A stretch of DNA of 64,000 nucleotides from a virus (Duplodnaviria; Caudoviricetes): IMG/VR virus record IMGVR_UViG_3300011008_000002. One strand, 5' to 3'. Positions within the stretch are counted from its first letter, which is position 1; every line of letters begins with the position of its first letter. The translations under genes were made by a program, and so were the position numbers. This document shows positions 12,801-19,900 of this stretch, piece after piece. The notes beneath the pieces were generated by a model that ran no database searches, was not told the origin of the DNA, and worked only from the letters and a program-made list of their open reading frames with translations.

Positions 12801-13029
12801 CACTCGATCGGGCTTTCTTCATAGTCTCTGCGATATCTTTTCCTGTTGCAGCCGTAGTTTTGGCTACATCAATCGTAGATGGTAAGAGTTCCGATAATAA
12901 GTCTATAGAAGAATAACCAACGGATTTTATTGCATTACTTAACCAAGAACCGGCTTTCTTAACCGAATTGGTCGATTTAACCGATGGTTTCTTCACGTAT
13001 TTACTAAGACTATCCTTAGGCATCGACAT
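856..13029 (-). CDS. Tape-measure / tail-associated lysin with C-terminal C39-like peptidase, NlpC/P60-like and phage tail lysozyme domains
   Basis: 4057 aa rich in Gly/Ala/Lys helical repeats. C39-like motifs YYSQND..GCGPTAMAM..GHYV..INDP (~2900-3410). NlpC/P60-like DCSGYV..GDIL..GHTEIF (~2290-2720). Tail lysozyme IWNYL..AAAGLMGAWQAES..GLAQWT (~1420-1995). Confidence 0.85.
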   Translation of the reverse strand: MSMPKDSLSKYVKKPSVKSTNSVKKAGSWLSNAIKSVGYSSIDLLSELLPSTIDVAKTTAATGKDIAETMKKARSSDRTLRNAIDKNYYINLGREVFKNSLDDLKSGKFYNKERADKFFEDQYNDMMDMGDFGMEDFDVGEGSDDFSSSVESSDGSSVASFNRKKNGEVDVTSIIVNTDLGPDSSLVRSTNYQTEVMTNVGKAVVDYNNTNARAMLNMLGGMRNEFNASLTAINENVAIISSSGLESLSKHSALAAKYYEDSISLQTQILEAIKLSTPSATVNTRTFRDYNNVMDMFTAGGGLDFQGYLGQVKKQFGNFTDSNMLLSQFKFMMDNKETLQMMAQNPLSFIPKTVVKTLIPGIVKDALTAFDEQLKETGVAVLNQVSGLQRSDNAILRAIGQIFGLQNKITIKDLDKGAYNKGVTAWTGTDHQALVNVIPTLLRKIYATVSGTEELGFNYETGQFEKIRTMEERAAKDKLQRETSLYSDDISDFGEYLQKTFAMSREEIDKNKDLFRSFISGLVTDEYGGRTYRKGGRNGQGNQDDIVELLNRKTGGNYNSNSFAVQLIRSYFNGKEGHDNAGITRMFGSKVQEQRALIDRQNRERQQDPTRYNTLYESTGLDTSAKTHGDSGKAKASAIGGTDSHLNYFKDDKTKIASVSGLLAGVVDKYGHNQTYYLREILTTLNTGIYVVPVGETGRRRGGNRNDQLSKIRDRVSGVTKSFKEDVDKSRGAEPSAPRSSYTDERRARDIAQGRLDPTDSNLSGDVIDAASEAYHSTMEAQAQANKETVIGKILKFVPSGTGLEKILTRANNKITSGTSKMADVAKKADDILFQIVFGNPNGHKGFHALFDKGIDTLKAGFSKFAFFIDDKILKPLDEAMFGDDGIWTKFKQTDLFNDFKAKFDTVVTKTSEFFMGTKDKNGDYTGGLFSETANSLKDMGKQVKNAILGERGSDGQIIEPDNSVLGNMKRMFGNVTSSIGKAIGLDDSNPDETIGTKIARGMDTVWNRIKERADNFSNNVFGDMPGSSEFFDQFKEDMQGQKGFIGASAVLGSVGTMVLNGHMGLLGSMFLPGGPIGGALLGAGIGIVSKSRGLQNFLFGPEDETTGERQGGLITKEFQDFFKDNKTGIGIGLGTGLAASFGLLPSFFVPGGPIGGALIGGAISLATKSEAFNTLLYGEGGTKDDPTGGLSKKLKEVFGKDKNLKGLTVDGGIGAGVGIIGSFFLPGGPILGALLGSAASIGLASDKFQTWFFGEKDENGKRSGGVFSKFSTYMKDKIFDPLGKSVKIAQVKILGFVKENMVIPFETALKPITEEAKYVAGKVKEGFNKFFDKIKEKFFDKVVDPIGKVVDEHLIKPMKNLLHSIFSGLGNIVGGIISAPFKIFSAMGRGAYENQKKRGAKSFEDQYREDHGFLASGWEKFKAFFKKDTEYGKARTAAQFGENGAWYDTSHGKWFESEEARKAAVRAETEAKIAAIENGTDVPKDDRGFFARLLSPRKKTTEVNTNPTVTPSTSSEAAPTVATVTDASETVRTAVTEQTTETRETNNILSTILERVSTLTGSFRGERTSDTSTSGNRRRRRNRRNRNRNQRNTGSVDTRSVTEQSSTEGTEEGYNPETVGSTTDTTNRPKKPKKGNFYTNIQKDVHQIADSVYGQLNGVGSNVNKIYRMMLKINNIKDDDIKGDNNKSYVGFFGKLRTMFNRPVEAIKNIITTPFVKIGEVLGGIKDRFLNIGNLIKGAGTALKNGVGLVVSTVAEIGKALGNVVLEVIKLPFDIIHTGLSAVRAMLPALGEALSATVSVIGSGIKAAGYLVVDSVAAIGNTIAGAARGFGQLLGGALSGLGSLLSAAGVIGGDILRGAWGALKFVGKGIGRGVAAVATAPFKAAKGLFNLGKNALGGRGPVHVIVDSGTLDLVKRIRNIEQVHSDGMGGDDVKPKPLPVKPILGGFGIGPKKKKSDPVYVVVSGFNNRAISNLASIFIGGDANSDTSKSSPFGNFLKKIIGFGKSSDEDKEALKHLDMNVGDTSVDTSMSGGGAGDDAAGTDASLADDDNRTSVATSIKNKFSAIKSSASSKFDALREKFNEKIANRQAQVDKGARASLFERFAASDKAKEESKFRTKLLDMLGKTKEATVEHKSIFSSMFGKKGLITAGIMLALPFVIKLLPKVIDFIKNFNIQDLIGKILKDIKTAFGEIGGLLGLVNNAGEQVEDAKNVINGTATSPMVDENGNLVYDEDGNLVTTPRDSNPVKEFFTPTRTRVDIRNGEWGYRNDWTTMSESKANLVGHKVVIPALKVFDKVAPTAKKIGAATGRFFASGRELNALKNAGYTELASQASFRQKIASGIVGAADNVAAGVANTAKNVGTKIASSKVGQFGSAVASKAGAFADDAARNVGKVASSVKGVADDAVRAVGNTEIVQKFITKAGEAITFLMEKLVAAGEKIGTKLPIAKLKSFIKPITDKLLNGNILGKFVTKIKTFFGKITAKATAEVGTAGILTAGFIVYGVLDGLSNAGALFEVNPSDVDMKMRAIAAVFKGLLNTTAGSVIDFINSLAYEILGINFLKSVASWAYDLMSSEEEKEALKNAQDDFTKGYEDYVAEEYEAYKKGEEGGGREAMSYEEFKASSLSTTRSEYNSKTNKSLIRRGYDLITGVGGGIKGVGAAVVNGAKGIGSGIVNGVKGIGSGIVNGVKGIGSGIASGATAVWNGVKGVGSGIASGASSVFNKGKEVLGNVGSALANVGKDGVVAAAGIMSGFKKISDNFYNKENSFMDYFKADVNPLKEDNMFHGAVGAVLNVSKFIMFPKLLVGGILKKVGTAVGGAISKVFDGIKTAVGDYINNKKDLLGTALRGDFDGLSDYTITTSKDNPIGGFINGIVGIERIPLYPVALVSKVARAIGSGILKVFDTVKQSAIDIGTNVATLSSYAFNGDIDSLNDFTFKASEDNPIGGFLTGILSGAKIFYYLPALVMKGGRFVADGIKKGVAAVANTVSQIGQTSVILGTLALNGDVEKLHDYEGVDEEGNPIGGFVNAIYGAEKFLLAPIGAIVSTGKAIGGFVTKSIGAVVDYGGKSLDFIKTLNEYTDPKKDMKTWDNESMAENESDVVGGVLSAIIKRVMGIYVGIVRAVKGAFSWLGDTVDGIGEAISGVVDDVGEFASNAVDTVKDGLSGIGKWFANGVNSLGTAIMNIGRGGNDGGRPVNGGKGEEGYLNGMPYYSQNDPRYKNKPYRITGGFGGDGATIGDAGCGPTAMAMVASQATGKPYDPITMAKMSEAGGYSTSAGTTPGYFSAAGNALGIPNAQLNPSQESLVGSLENGNSVILQGARGGATNSPYTSEGHYVTATGIDANNNVIINDPRGREYSGAYRMDDVLNDTTGMWAFGSNGGYGSPRRHGFRAIFGGKGPVSTATVVNDGGSVSKTKVNKITEAKNSVKTEAQKEAEDYEKWLSIVRAVKEAIAAQKPGYSQTRYIKITVGGRTISARTDCSGYVQSCLKYYGVMKENTNISSANVRNPNDATMKATGFTPFAFPGYDKLREGDILGRSGHTEIFAYIRDGKTYVYNCGDDASTNSAIPTSAGGAHETVWRLGKAGEDALSEFGVDGSTTASAAYDSGSSYSSSSTSTSTGTGIAGLLSGLAGAIMNPIYEKLGLKSPAATAADVVSDSYSSDSGSVGTAKEIPLSGKSNREQIWNYLRFTKNFSPIAAAGLMGAWQAESSNSPNRMEGDYLGDFPGYDKMYNDRATMNNWTQRLFQRYANNGLTINQDAYKGSDGNLYPGLGLAQWTGPRGEQLKKFGGSNWGTLSTQLQFAFEGPSEFNYRNKQFQLMDRLNNASTPEDAATVALDWYENSSADYHNKKPDFNAARRGYARSIYDELKNVQAPTAQLVDNGTNSTVGKKVVDKKNNVMISAMGGKGGKGSKTSIGSRRKSTPTKIKPVLEDVTARGGYGAFDVSPVRQDYARDMNPRTREIMTRDVTINSMNSSEITQLLKVMVGYLSNIDSNTGTTNTELDALNKKDFGSGVINQTNTSNTFNTPTINGSSSNPGTSDRSGYAVAKRLASGMLND
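4895..5065 (-). repeat. Tandem 33-bp/11-aa repeats (GIGSGIVNGVK-like) within the tape measure
   Basis: AKGIGSGIVNGVKGIGSGIVNGVKGIGSGIASGATAVWNGVKGVGSGIASG in the translation. Confidence 0.85.
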
Positions 13030-13052
13030 CCACTCTCCTTTCTTCGTTAATT

Positions 13053-13064
13053 TAATTTATTGTG
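13053..13064 (-). promoter_or_regulatory. Putative late promoter (CACA-N6-TA) for the tape measure
   Basis: CACAataaatTA just upstream of the RBS. Resembles the AR9 late consensus AACA-N6-TA. Confidence 0.5.
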
Positions 13065-13251
13065 AAAATCTACGAACCGTATAACATCAAGCAAATCCAT
13101 ATTTATTACTATTTAAGAATCGACTGGGTCAGCTCCAAATTAAATAATGAAATCCGTTTCGCGGGAAGTTTGGAACTATATTAACCCCTTGTAACGATGA
13201 AACGCGGCATCGCGGATGATGCCGCACGAAAACCTGAAAGGGGGTTTTGAC

Positions 13252-14004
13252 ATGAACGCTGTTGAAACGATGTTTTACACTACCCAAAGGAGAAGCAAAA
13301 TGGAATACTGGGATTTTATCAGTCAAATAAAACCGCTGACGGATGAAACATTTAACAGGGATGAACTTGTTGATTTACTAAGCGAGGTGTCTCGACATGA
13401 TATAGGAACATTTACTACCATCTTAAACGGCGCAATACTTGAAACGTTGGATTCCGAAAAACATTACGGATGCATCGTTCAGAAGGTAAACCCAACCAAT
13501 GGTGTATGCGAGACTTACTTCATGGAAAAGTCATACAAGCAATTTGGTAGTACAAAGTATGAAGTGATGGCTAAACCAATATATCATAAATTAATACTAC
13601 TGAACCGCCACAAAATCTCAATCACGGGAGAACAAGGAACAGTGGAAGAGTTTACTCAGCATATTGTCAAAATAGGTAAACCATTTGAGGGAGAACATAG
13701 ATACATTCGTACAATCTATGATGCAGAAGTGATTGTAATGTTCAATCAACCAATCAGTGTTACCCGCAAAATCAGAAACGATAAAATATCGTCATTTGAT
13801 GATTTGATAAAAGGCAATGTACCAGCAGGTGATAAAAAATGGGATGACCTTTTATTTGAAGACGTTGATGTTATGCAGGGCGTATTTAACAAGTTAATTG
13901 ATAAAGGGCATAAAATTCATCTGACTGGAGAAAGGGACACCTTTGGGTATGTGACCTGTGGTATTATCATGGACGGCAAACTAATGACTTCTCAGTACTT
14001 CTAA
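13252..14004 (+). CDS. Hypothetical protein
   Basis: Long ORF with an RBS before ATG 13252 (alternative start 13300), followed by a terminator hairpin. Confidence 0.7.
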   Translation: MNAVETMFYTTQRRSKMEYWDFISQIKPLTDETFNRDELVDLLSEVSRHDIGTFTTILNGAILETLDSEKHYGCIVQKVNPTNGVCETYFMEKSYKQFGSTKYEVMAKPIYHKLILLNRHKISITGEQGTVEEFTQHIVKIGKPFEGEHRYIRTIYDAEVIVMFNQPISVTRKIRNDKISSFDDLIKGNVPAGDKKWDDLLFEDVDVMQGVFNKLIDKGHKIHLTGERDTFGYVTCGIIMDGKLMTSQYF

Positions 14005-14012
14005 AAATGGTG

Positions 14013-14049
14013 AAGATAGGTATGAACATTCATACCTATCTTATTTTTT
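14013..14049 (+). terminator. Intrinsic terminator
   Basis: AAGATAGGTATGAA-ca-TTCATACCTATCTT followed by a T-run. Confidence 0.75.
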
Positions 14050-14168
14050 ACCCTATATAATAAAATTCAGGTTCATAGTAATTTTATTACTATATTAAAT
14101 GTTTAGATAGATAGAAAGTGTACTTTACTTTCTATCTATACTTTACCCAAGAAGGGAGGTGAAATAAT

Positions 14169-14336
14169 ATGGATTTTCGTTCAAGAGTATATTGGTTCGG
14201 AAAATTCCTTAAAGGAAGCTATCCGTCCAAAGATGCCACGGAGCCGTGTAGTTTTTATGATGAATTCAATCACGACTTCGTGGCTAAGGCTGTTGATAAA
14301 ATCCTTGCAACTGCTGCTACTAAACTAACAGCATAG
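14169..14336 (+). CDS. Small hypothetical protein (55 aa; below the ORF-track cutoff)
   Basis: Strong RBS AAGGGAGGTG. MDFRSRVYWFGKFLKGSYPSKDATEPCSFYDEFNHDFVAKAVDKILATAATKLTA*. Upstream TATATTAAA motif. Confidence 0.7.
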   Translation: MDFRSRVYWFGKFLKGSYPSKDATEPCSFYDEFNHDFVAKAVDKILATAATKLTA

Positions 14337-14519
14337 CGGAACCATTAATGGTCTTGGGATGGGATACTGACTACCATCAGTTGAACCTCCCATTACTTTT
14401 TTGTATATCCTTACTCTATTTTTTATCAGTGGAACATACAAAAAATGAAACCAAGAGCATAATCACTCTTGGTTTCATAGCCGAGTTATTTAATCATATG
14501 GAACTTGGTGCTGCCGGTA

Positions 14520-15041
14520 TCAGATATTGCTCTTCAGGTTCGACGGGCAAGTGCTCTTTGCCTTAAGCTTGATATGAGCACCCTGCCTCTGCTTACTCTT
14601 TTCGCCGCTTCCGGGCTTCCTTACATCCTTAACCGTAGCTTCGACATTCTGCATTTCGATAGACGCCTGGAAATTCTCCTGACGCTTGAACGGGAACTTC
14701 TTCCCAATGCCGAGATACTCGCTGAGAACACCCTCAACGAAATCATATACAGGCAATAGAGGGAACTGATGCTCCTGAACGAGCTTCTCCTGCTCCGCCG
14801 TATCGCATCCTGCTGCCTTTGCAACAGACCCGATAATACCCTTACGGAACTCCACCATCGGGGTGGTCTTTTCCTCAACCAGCTTGTCGCCCTTTACCTT
14901 CTGCTCAACGCGCTCATACGTAGGATCATTAGCCATCGCTGTGCCCAACGTATCAAAATAGGAGCGGTTGAAAGTCTTCTTGTTGTTAGAAGCCTTGACT
15001 TCCTCTTCGATCTTTTTCTTTGCTTCCGCAAACTTACCCAT
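14520..15041 (-). CDS. Putative HU/IHF-like DNA-binding protein
   Basis: Basic protein starting MGKFAEAKK after RBS AAGGAGG. The C-terminal GKKFPF...VRKPGSGE...HIKLKAK resembles the HU beta-arm (GRNPxTGE). Codon usage is more GC-rich than neighbours. Confidence 0.5.
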   Translation of the reverse strand: MGKFAEAKKKIEEEVKASNNKKTFNRSYFDTLGTAMANDPTYERVEQKVKGDKLVEEKTTPMVEFRKGIIGSVAKAAGCDTAEQEKLVQEHQFPLLPVYDFVEGVLSEYLGIGKKFPFKRQENFQASIEMQNVEATVKDVRKPGSGEKSKQRQGAHIKLKAKSTCPSNLKSNI

Positions 15042-15217
15042 TTTTAGATCCTCCTTTTGAAAATGATTTTTATTCACGGCTTATGCCGCAAATTTACTAC
15101 TTCGGGGTTATTACGATGTGATATACTAGAAATTTATACACCGTATTTTCGCCTCAATTTATTAAATAGTTACTGTAATCCTCAAAATATAGTCGAAAAT
15201 TACAGCAACTGATTTAA

Positions 15218-15808
15218 TCAAAACTTCATAACACTGAAACCACCACTTGGATAGTGTATCATTGAATCATTCTGTTCCAGTTCATCAAGTAATCTCTGTC
15301 TCTCATTGATACTATCTGTATCTACGTCTGAGTCATCTAATGAACCATATGGTTGCCCATTATATAACACAGAATAACCACAACCATCACATTCTCCGTG
15401 TATATAGTCATTACATGCTTCACACTCCTCACACATGTCGCATTCTTCTGGACGATACTTACCATCAAATCCGATATTCGTACAGAATTCACAGATATAT
15501 CTGGAGTCATCATCGTCATCAATTAGGTCATCCTCTCCATAGACGAACACCCCCCTTTCTATATTAGATTTCTTTGAATCACACTTATTGCATTTAGAAC
15601 AATCTGAACCTTTATATCGAGACAAATCAACACCTTTCTCTTCCAACCTCTTACGTTGAAATTTATTGATTCTCTGTCCGGAATTAGGGTCAAATAAGAC
15701 TTTGGTCATATTACTATGAATTCCGTTCTCTTCTTGCGTTTTTACAAGAGTATCAATCACAAGGTCAATATTTCTTTGTCTCAAATCTAACTGCTTGACA
15801 AAAGACAT
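15218..15808 (-). CDS. Cys-rich hypothetical protein (metal-binding)
   Basis: CSKCNKC, CEFC, CDMCEECEAC and CDGC motifs. RBS AAGGAGG. Confidence 0.7.
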   Translation of the reverse strand: MSFVKQLDLRQRNIDLVIDTLVKTQEENGIHSNMTKVLFDPNSGQRINKFQRKRLEEKGVDLSRYKGSDCSKCNKCDSKKSNIERGVFVYGEDDLIDDDDDSRYICEFCTNIGFDGKYRPEECDMCEECEACNDYIHGECDGCGYSVLYNGQPYGSLDDSDVDTDSINERQRLLDELEQNDSMIHYPSGGFSVMKF

Positions 15809-15907
15809 TGTATACTACCTCCTTTCCAATCTATGTCGTATGTTTACTTGCTTTTAATATATAGATAAAAAGAGGAACGATTATGGATATCTCGTTCCTC
15901 TTTGTTA

Positions 15908-16804
15908 TCACAACGGCATTATCGGTGCATCTGGTTCATCATCTTCTTCATCTGAAAGGTTGGCTTCCTGTCCATAAGAATTAACAGTCTGCATTTCTTC
16001 CAAAAGATTTTTCATATCTGTCAGTACAAGATGATGAATGTCTTTAATACCTGCAACGCATTCCTTATTCTTATCGGAAGCGTTCTCATCTGTCATTTCT
16101 TCAGTTATAGAGAGCTTATTCTGAGCAGCACATAACTGATTGTAAAGTTCTTTGAATTTGAAAGTTGTAGTGAGAAGGTTCTGACGTAATCCATTGATAG
16201 TATCATCATATGAAGTAATAATTCTATCCAGAACTATCGGGAATGATGCTATAAGATGGATTATATCAACCTGACCCTTTGAAAACGCCTCTTTATAATC
16301 ACCATCTAAGAGGTTCTCGTACATCTCAGATATCGCCGGTGTTGATGACGCATACTTAGCTAAAGCTACTACATTCTTCTTTAGATTATCCTCTGCCTCA
16401 ACCTGCTTAGGATCTGTTGACGCATCTATAGCTGCCAACTGAGCAATTGTGTTGTTAATAACAAAACCAAAGTTGGCAATAATATCTCTGTCGGTAATAT
16501 CTTCTTCTAACGTTCCCTTCAATATTTTATTGAAGTATTCGTATGAAAGTTTGTTGCTTGTTATATTATTAGCTTCCCGCATTGCATCATCTCTGATAGA
16601 TGCTGATGGGGTATGAATAACTGACTCATTGCGACTTTTCTCATCTCTTTCTACGAGATACACTGTACTCTTTGAAGCATCCCCATCAGATAAAACAATA
16701 TCACAATTAGAATTAAGTAATAAGTCCATCATCTCGCTTATGGAATGAACATCCTGTCCCATACTAAGTTCTGCAAAGAACTCACCTATAGTATTCTTTA
16801 TCAT
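15908..16804 (-). CDS. Hypothetical protein
   Basis: 298-aa ORF with RBS GGAGGG and a TACA-N6-TA motif at 16834-16845. Confidence 0.75.
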   Translation of the reverse strand: MIKNTIGEFFAELSMGQDVHSISEMMDLLLNSNCDIVLSDGDASKSTVYLVERDEKSRNESVIHTPSASIRDDAMREANNITSNKLSYEYFNKILKGTLEEDITDRDIIANFGFVINNTIAQLAAIDASTDPKQVEAEDNLKKNVVALAKYASSTPAISEMYENLLDGDYKEAFSKGQVDIIHLIASFPIVLDRIITSYDDTINGLRQNLLTTTFKFKELYNQLCAAQNKLSITEEMTDENASDKNKECVAGIKDIHHLVLTDMKNLLEEMQTVNSYGQEANLSDEEDDEPDAPIMPL

Positions 16805-16938
16805 ATAAATCCCTCCGTTTTAATAAAGATTTTTAGTTACCTGTAAATAATATCTCAATAAATAATTTTATATCATTTGGGACTAACAATTAAATAAATG
16901 CTAAATAGTTACTTGAACCTGTTCGCTGCGGGTCCATA

Positions 16939-16972
16939 AATGAGTCAGTAGGAAGCTTCCTACTGACTCATT
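16939..16972. terminator. Perfect 34-bp palindrome / bidirectional terminator
   Basis: AATGAGTCAGTAGGAAG|CTTCCTACTGACTCATT, immediately after the RNAP beta stop. Confidence 0.75.
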
Positions 16973-16981
16973 GTTTTGTAC

Positions 16982-19900
16982 TTAATGAACAATCAGACGT
17001 TCACCATAATAGATGATATCTTTTGCAACGTAAGCATTGACTATTTCGTCATATTCAATATTGGGTTGATACCCTTCTATTGAAGTAGACAATTTCGACT
17101 CGAATACCAAACGATTAATTTCATCTCTGAAGTCCAATCCTGCAAATACAATATCCCCTTTAGAATATTCTTGAGATGCTTCATATTTATCATCTGAACT
17201 TACAATGATATCAAACGTTTCACGAAGAATTTCAAGCTTACCAGTTGCTAATTCAATTTTCTCTTTATTGTTGTCCCACACTTCCATCATAGTAGATTCA
17301 TTGGTGGGAACATCTGGTTTCTTTGTATGAACGTCCATATATGGATTATCCTTACGCTGTTTTTCATTCCAATCAATACCAGTGAGAATTTCAAAACAAG
17401 CTCTTTTTAACTCAATAAGAACTTTGTATCCAATTTCAACGGTAATTACAGAAGGAGTACCACGTTGTAGAATAGCTGATGGGGCAAGAGGAATGTCAAT
17501 TTCCTCATATGGACGAAATGCTGTATACGGTTCCAAACCACGAGGTACCATATATCCGTTAGTTGCTTTATTTGCAGACATATGAGCAAATTTATCACCA
17601 TCTGATACTTCATCGTGATAAGTAACGTATATTTCTACAAGAACTCCATCATGGACATCAACACCTGCAATCTTACCATATTGGTCTGGTTTTACCATAC
17701 CAACTGAGTCTGTAAAGAATATTCCTTTCCTATATACGGAGTTTTTATTTTTATCGTACTTGTCCATATAGGAACGTCTTTGCCTATCGTGTTTCTGGAC
17801 ATTATCGACCATCTTCTTAAGCGATGGTGACAGTTGATCAAGTTCAACCGCAGGATAAACCCTAATGTCTGCAACTACGCCATCGTGCTTTGATGTATAC
17901 TTAGAACGCCCAAGATTTACAATATCCTCTTGCAAATCCTGCCTTATAGATTTCATAAGTTCATTCATCTCAGCATCAGAATATGCAGTATCGAACCTAA
18001 TAAGGTCGTCACCATTCTTTATATGGTCTCCAATCTTTGCGATATAATCAACATTGGAATTCTTTCCAATAACTATGGAAACTTCTTTCATTGTTATATC
18101 TGCTGACATTGCACGACTTAGCCTGTATGTAGACCACATAGAGTCTTCATAGGTTGCCATATTTGATAAGCAGGCAGTCTTTACTCTAGTACCATATGTG
18201 AGTTTGTTACCAAGGACACCAGTATCCTTGTAATAGTGCTTATCAAAAGCCAATATTGTATCTTTCTTAAACTTGTCTCCTTTCTTAAAAGAAGAATCAA
18301 GCTTATTATCGAGATAGAAACCACCACCGCCATTTTGAACAATCTTCTTATCCAAATCAATAGCATGAATAGAACCATCTTTATACTTAATCACCATGAT
18401 ATTGACATTATCATCTCTATCAATAACTTCACCATCCTGCTTCGCTACATATGAAAAATCATTAGATGTACGATACTGGATAGTTGAGTCAAAACCATTT
18501 GTGATAAGAAGTGGACTTTGTTCCATTACAGGAATAGCATGACAAGATTGTTTACTCGTCATAGCTGTACGGTTCGGGTCATCATGAGCAACACCCATTG
18601 GATATGTCATTTCCTCTGTAGTCATGAGTTTCGTAACATCAAGGTTCTCTGCATTCTCACGACCAACAATATCAAGCATACCATAGGCGTTAATAACATT
18701 GGGTTCTACAACCAAATGCCTCTCTTTACCGCAGTTTCCTGATATATCCGTAGAAACTCCAATGAGACCAACCATATTGTCATGATAATTACGTTTTTCC
18801 TCGCTGTAACTCCTATCCTTATTCATACCAACGTAACCCTTCATAGAAGTTACTCCGAACTGTTTTACTTCAACGATAGGTGAAAGGGTACTATAAGAAT
18901 CAACAGTAGGAAGAGCATTCAATTCCTTAATAACACAATCCGGATCCAACGTAAGTTTCTTCGGATTAGCATTATTCGCTGTCTTACGATAGCTCTGGTA
19001 AGCTTTGGTCATATTCTTATAAAGAATTGCAGGTATGATTTCTACACTTCTTAACCTATACAAACGAGGATCAGTATCAATTGAGAATGAACTATCTGCA
19101 AGCATATTACTCGCAAATATCATAAGAGATACTACATCTTCAGGATAACCAAGAAGTTTTAGAATATCCAGAGTTTTGAAGTCAATCATAAACTCATAGA
19201 AATTAATAAAACCGCCTGCATAATACCCACTCCCAAGTAGCTGTTCAAATATGGTAATGTAGGTTTCTCTCTCATCAAGTTCCGCTATAGTAAAATCTTT
19301 CATAACAAGTTCTGTATATCCATTGAATAAAAGACAAGATTCCAAATCATTCATAGCATATTTCAGATAGCCATCCTTAAATTCGATATACATATAATTG
19401 TCTGAGCTATCTTTCTTGTCAACAAATTCAACCCTGTCCTCGCCAGTCAAGTTATTGAACTTTTGAACCACCGTAGTGAGACCCTCAAAAAACGTAACCG
19501 CAAATATGAGAGGAAAATCCTTCTCCATCATAGTAACGTTGTTATGGACATACTTTCGTCCAGACGATAGCCTCTTGAATGTATCATAATACACTGGCAT
19601 TGACTCATTAACAATAAGAGATACCATATCTTGATGATCAGCGTTCTTTGTATTGTATACGATTGGAGTTTTATTTTTCCCTTTATATCCAATCATAATC
19701 TCCTCTAACGTGGAATCCTTATATTTATCACCAAGTTCTTCTTTCAGCATATCTACTGAAAATACGAATGTACAATCATTAATGATGATTTTATTGTACC
19801 TTGAAGCTAAATCATCATATTCAAGACAAGTCAGATATGGTTGATTGATAACTGAGTTATCGCCTTTATATACTCGAATATTGACATTATCAGGTCTTTT

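Noticed and set aside
13190-13235. Hammerhead-like CGATGA...GAAA around a GC hairpin
   Set aside because: Lacks the CUGANGA core and proper flanking stems.
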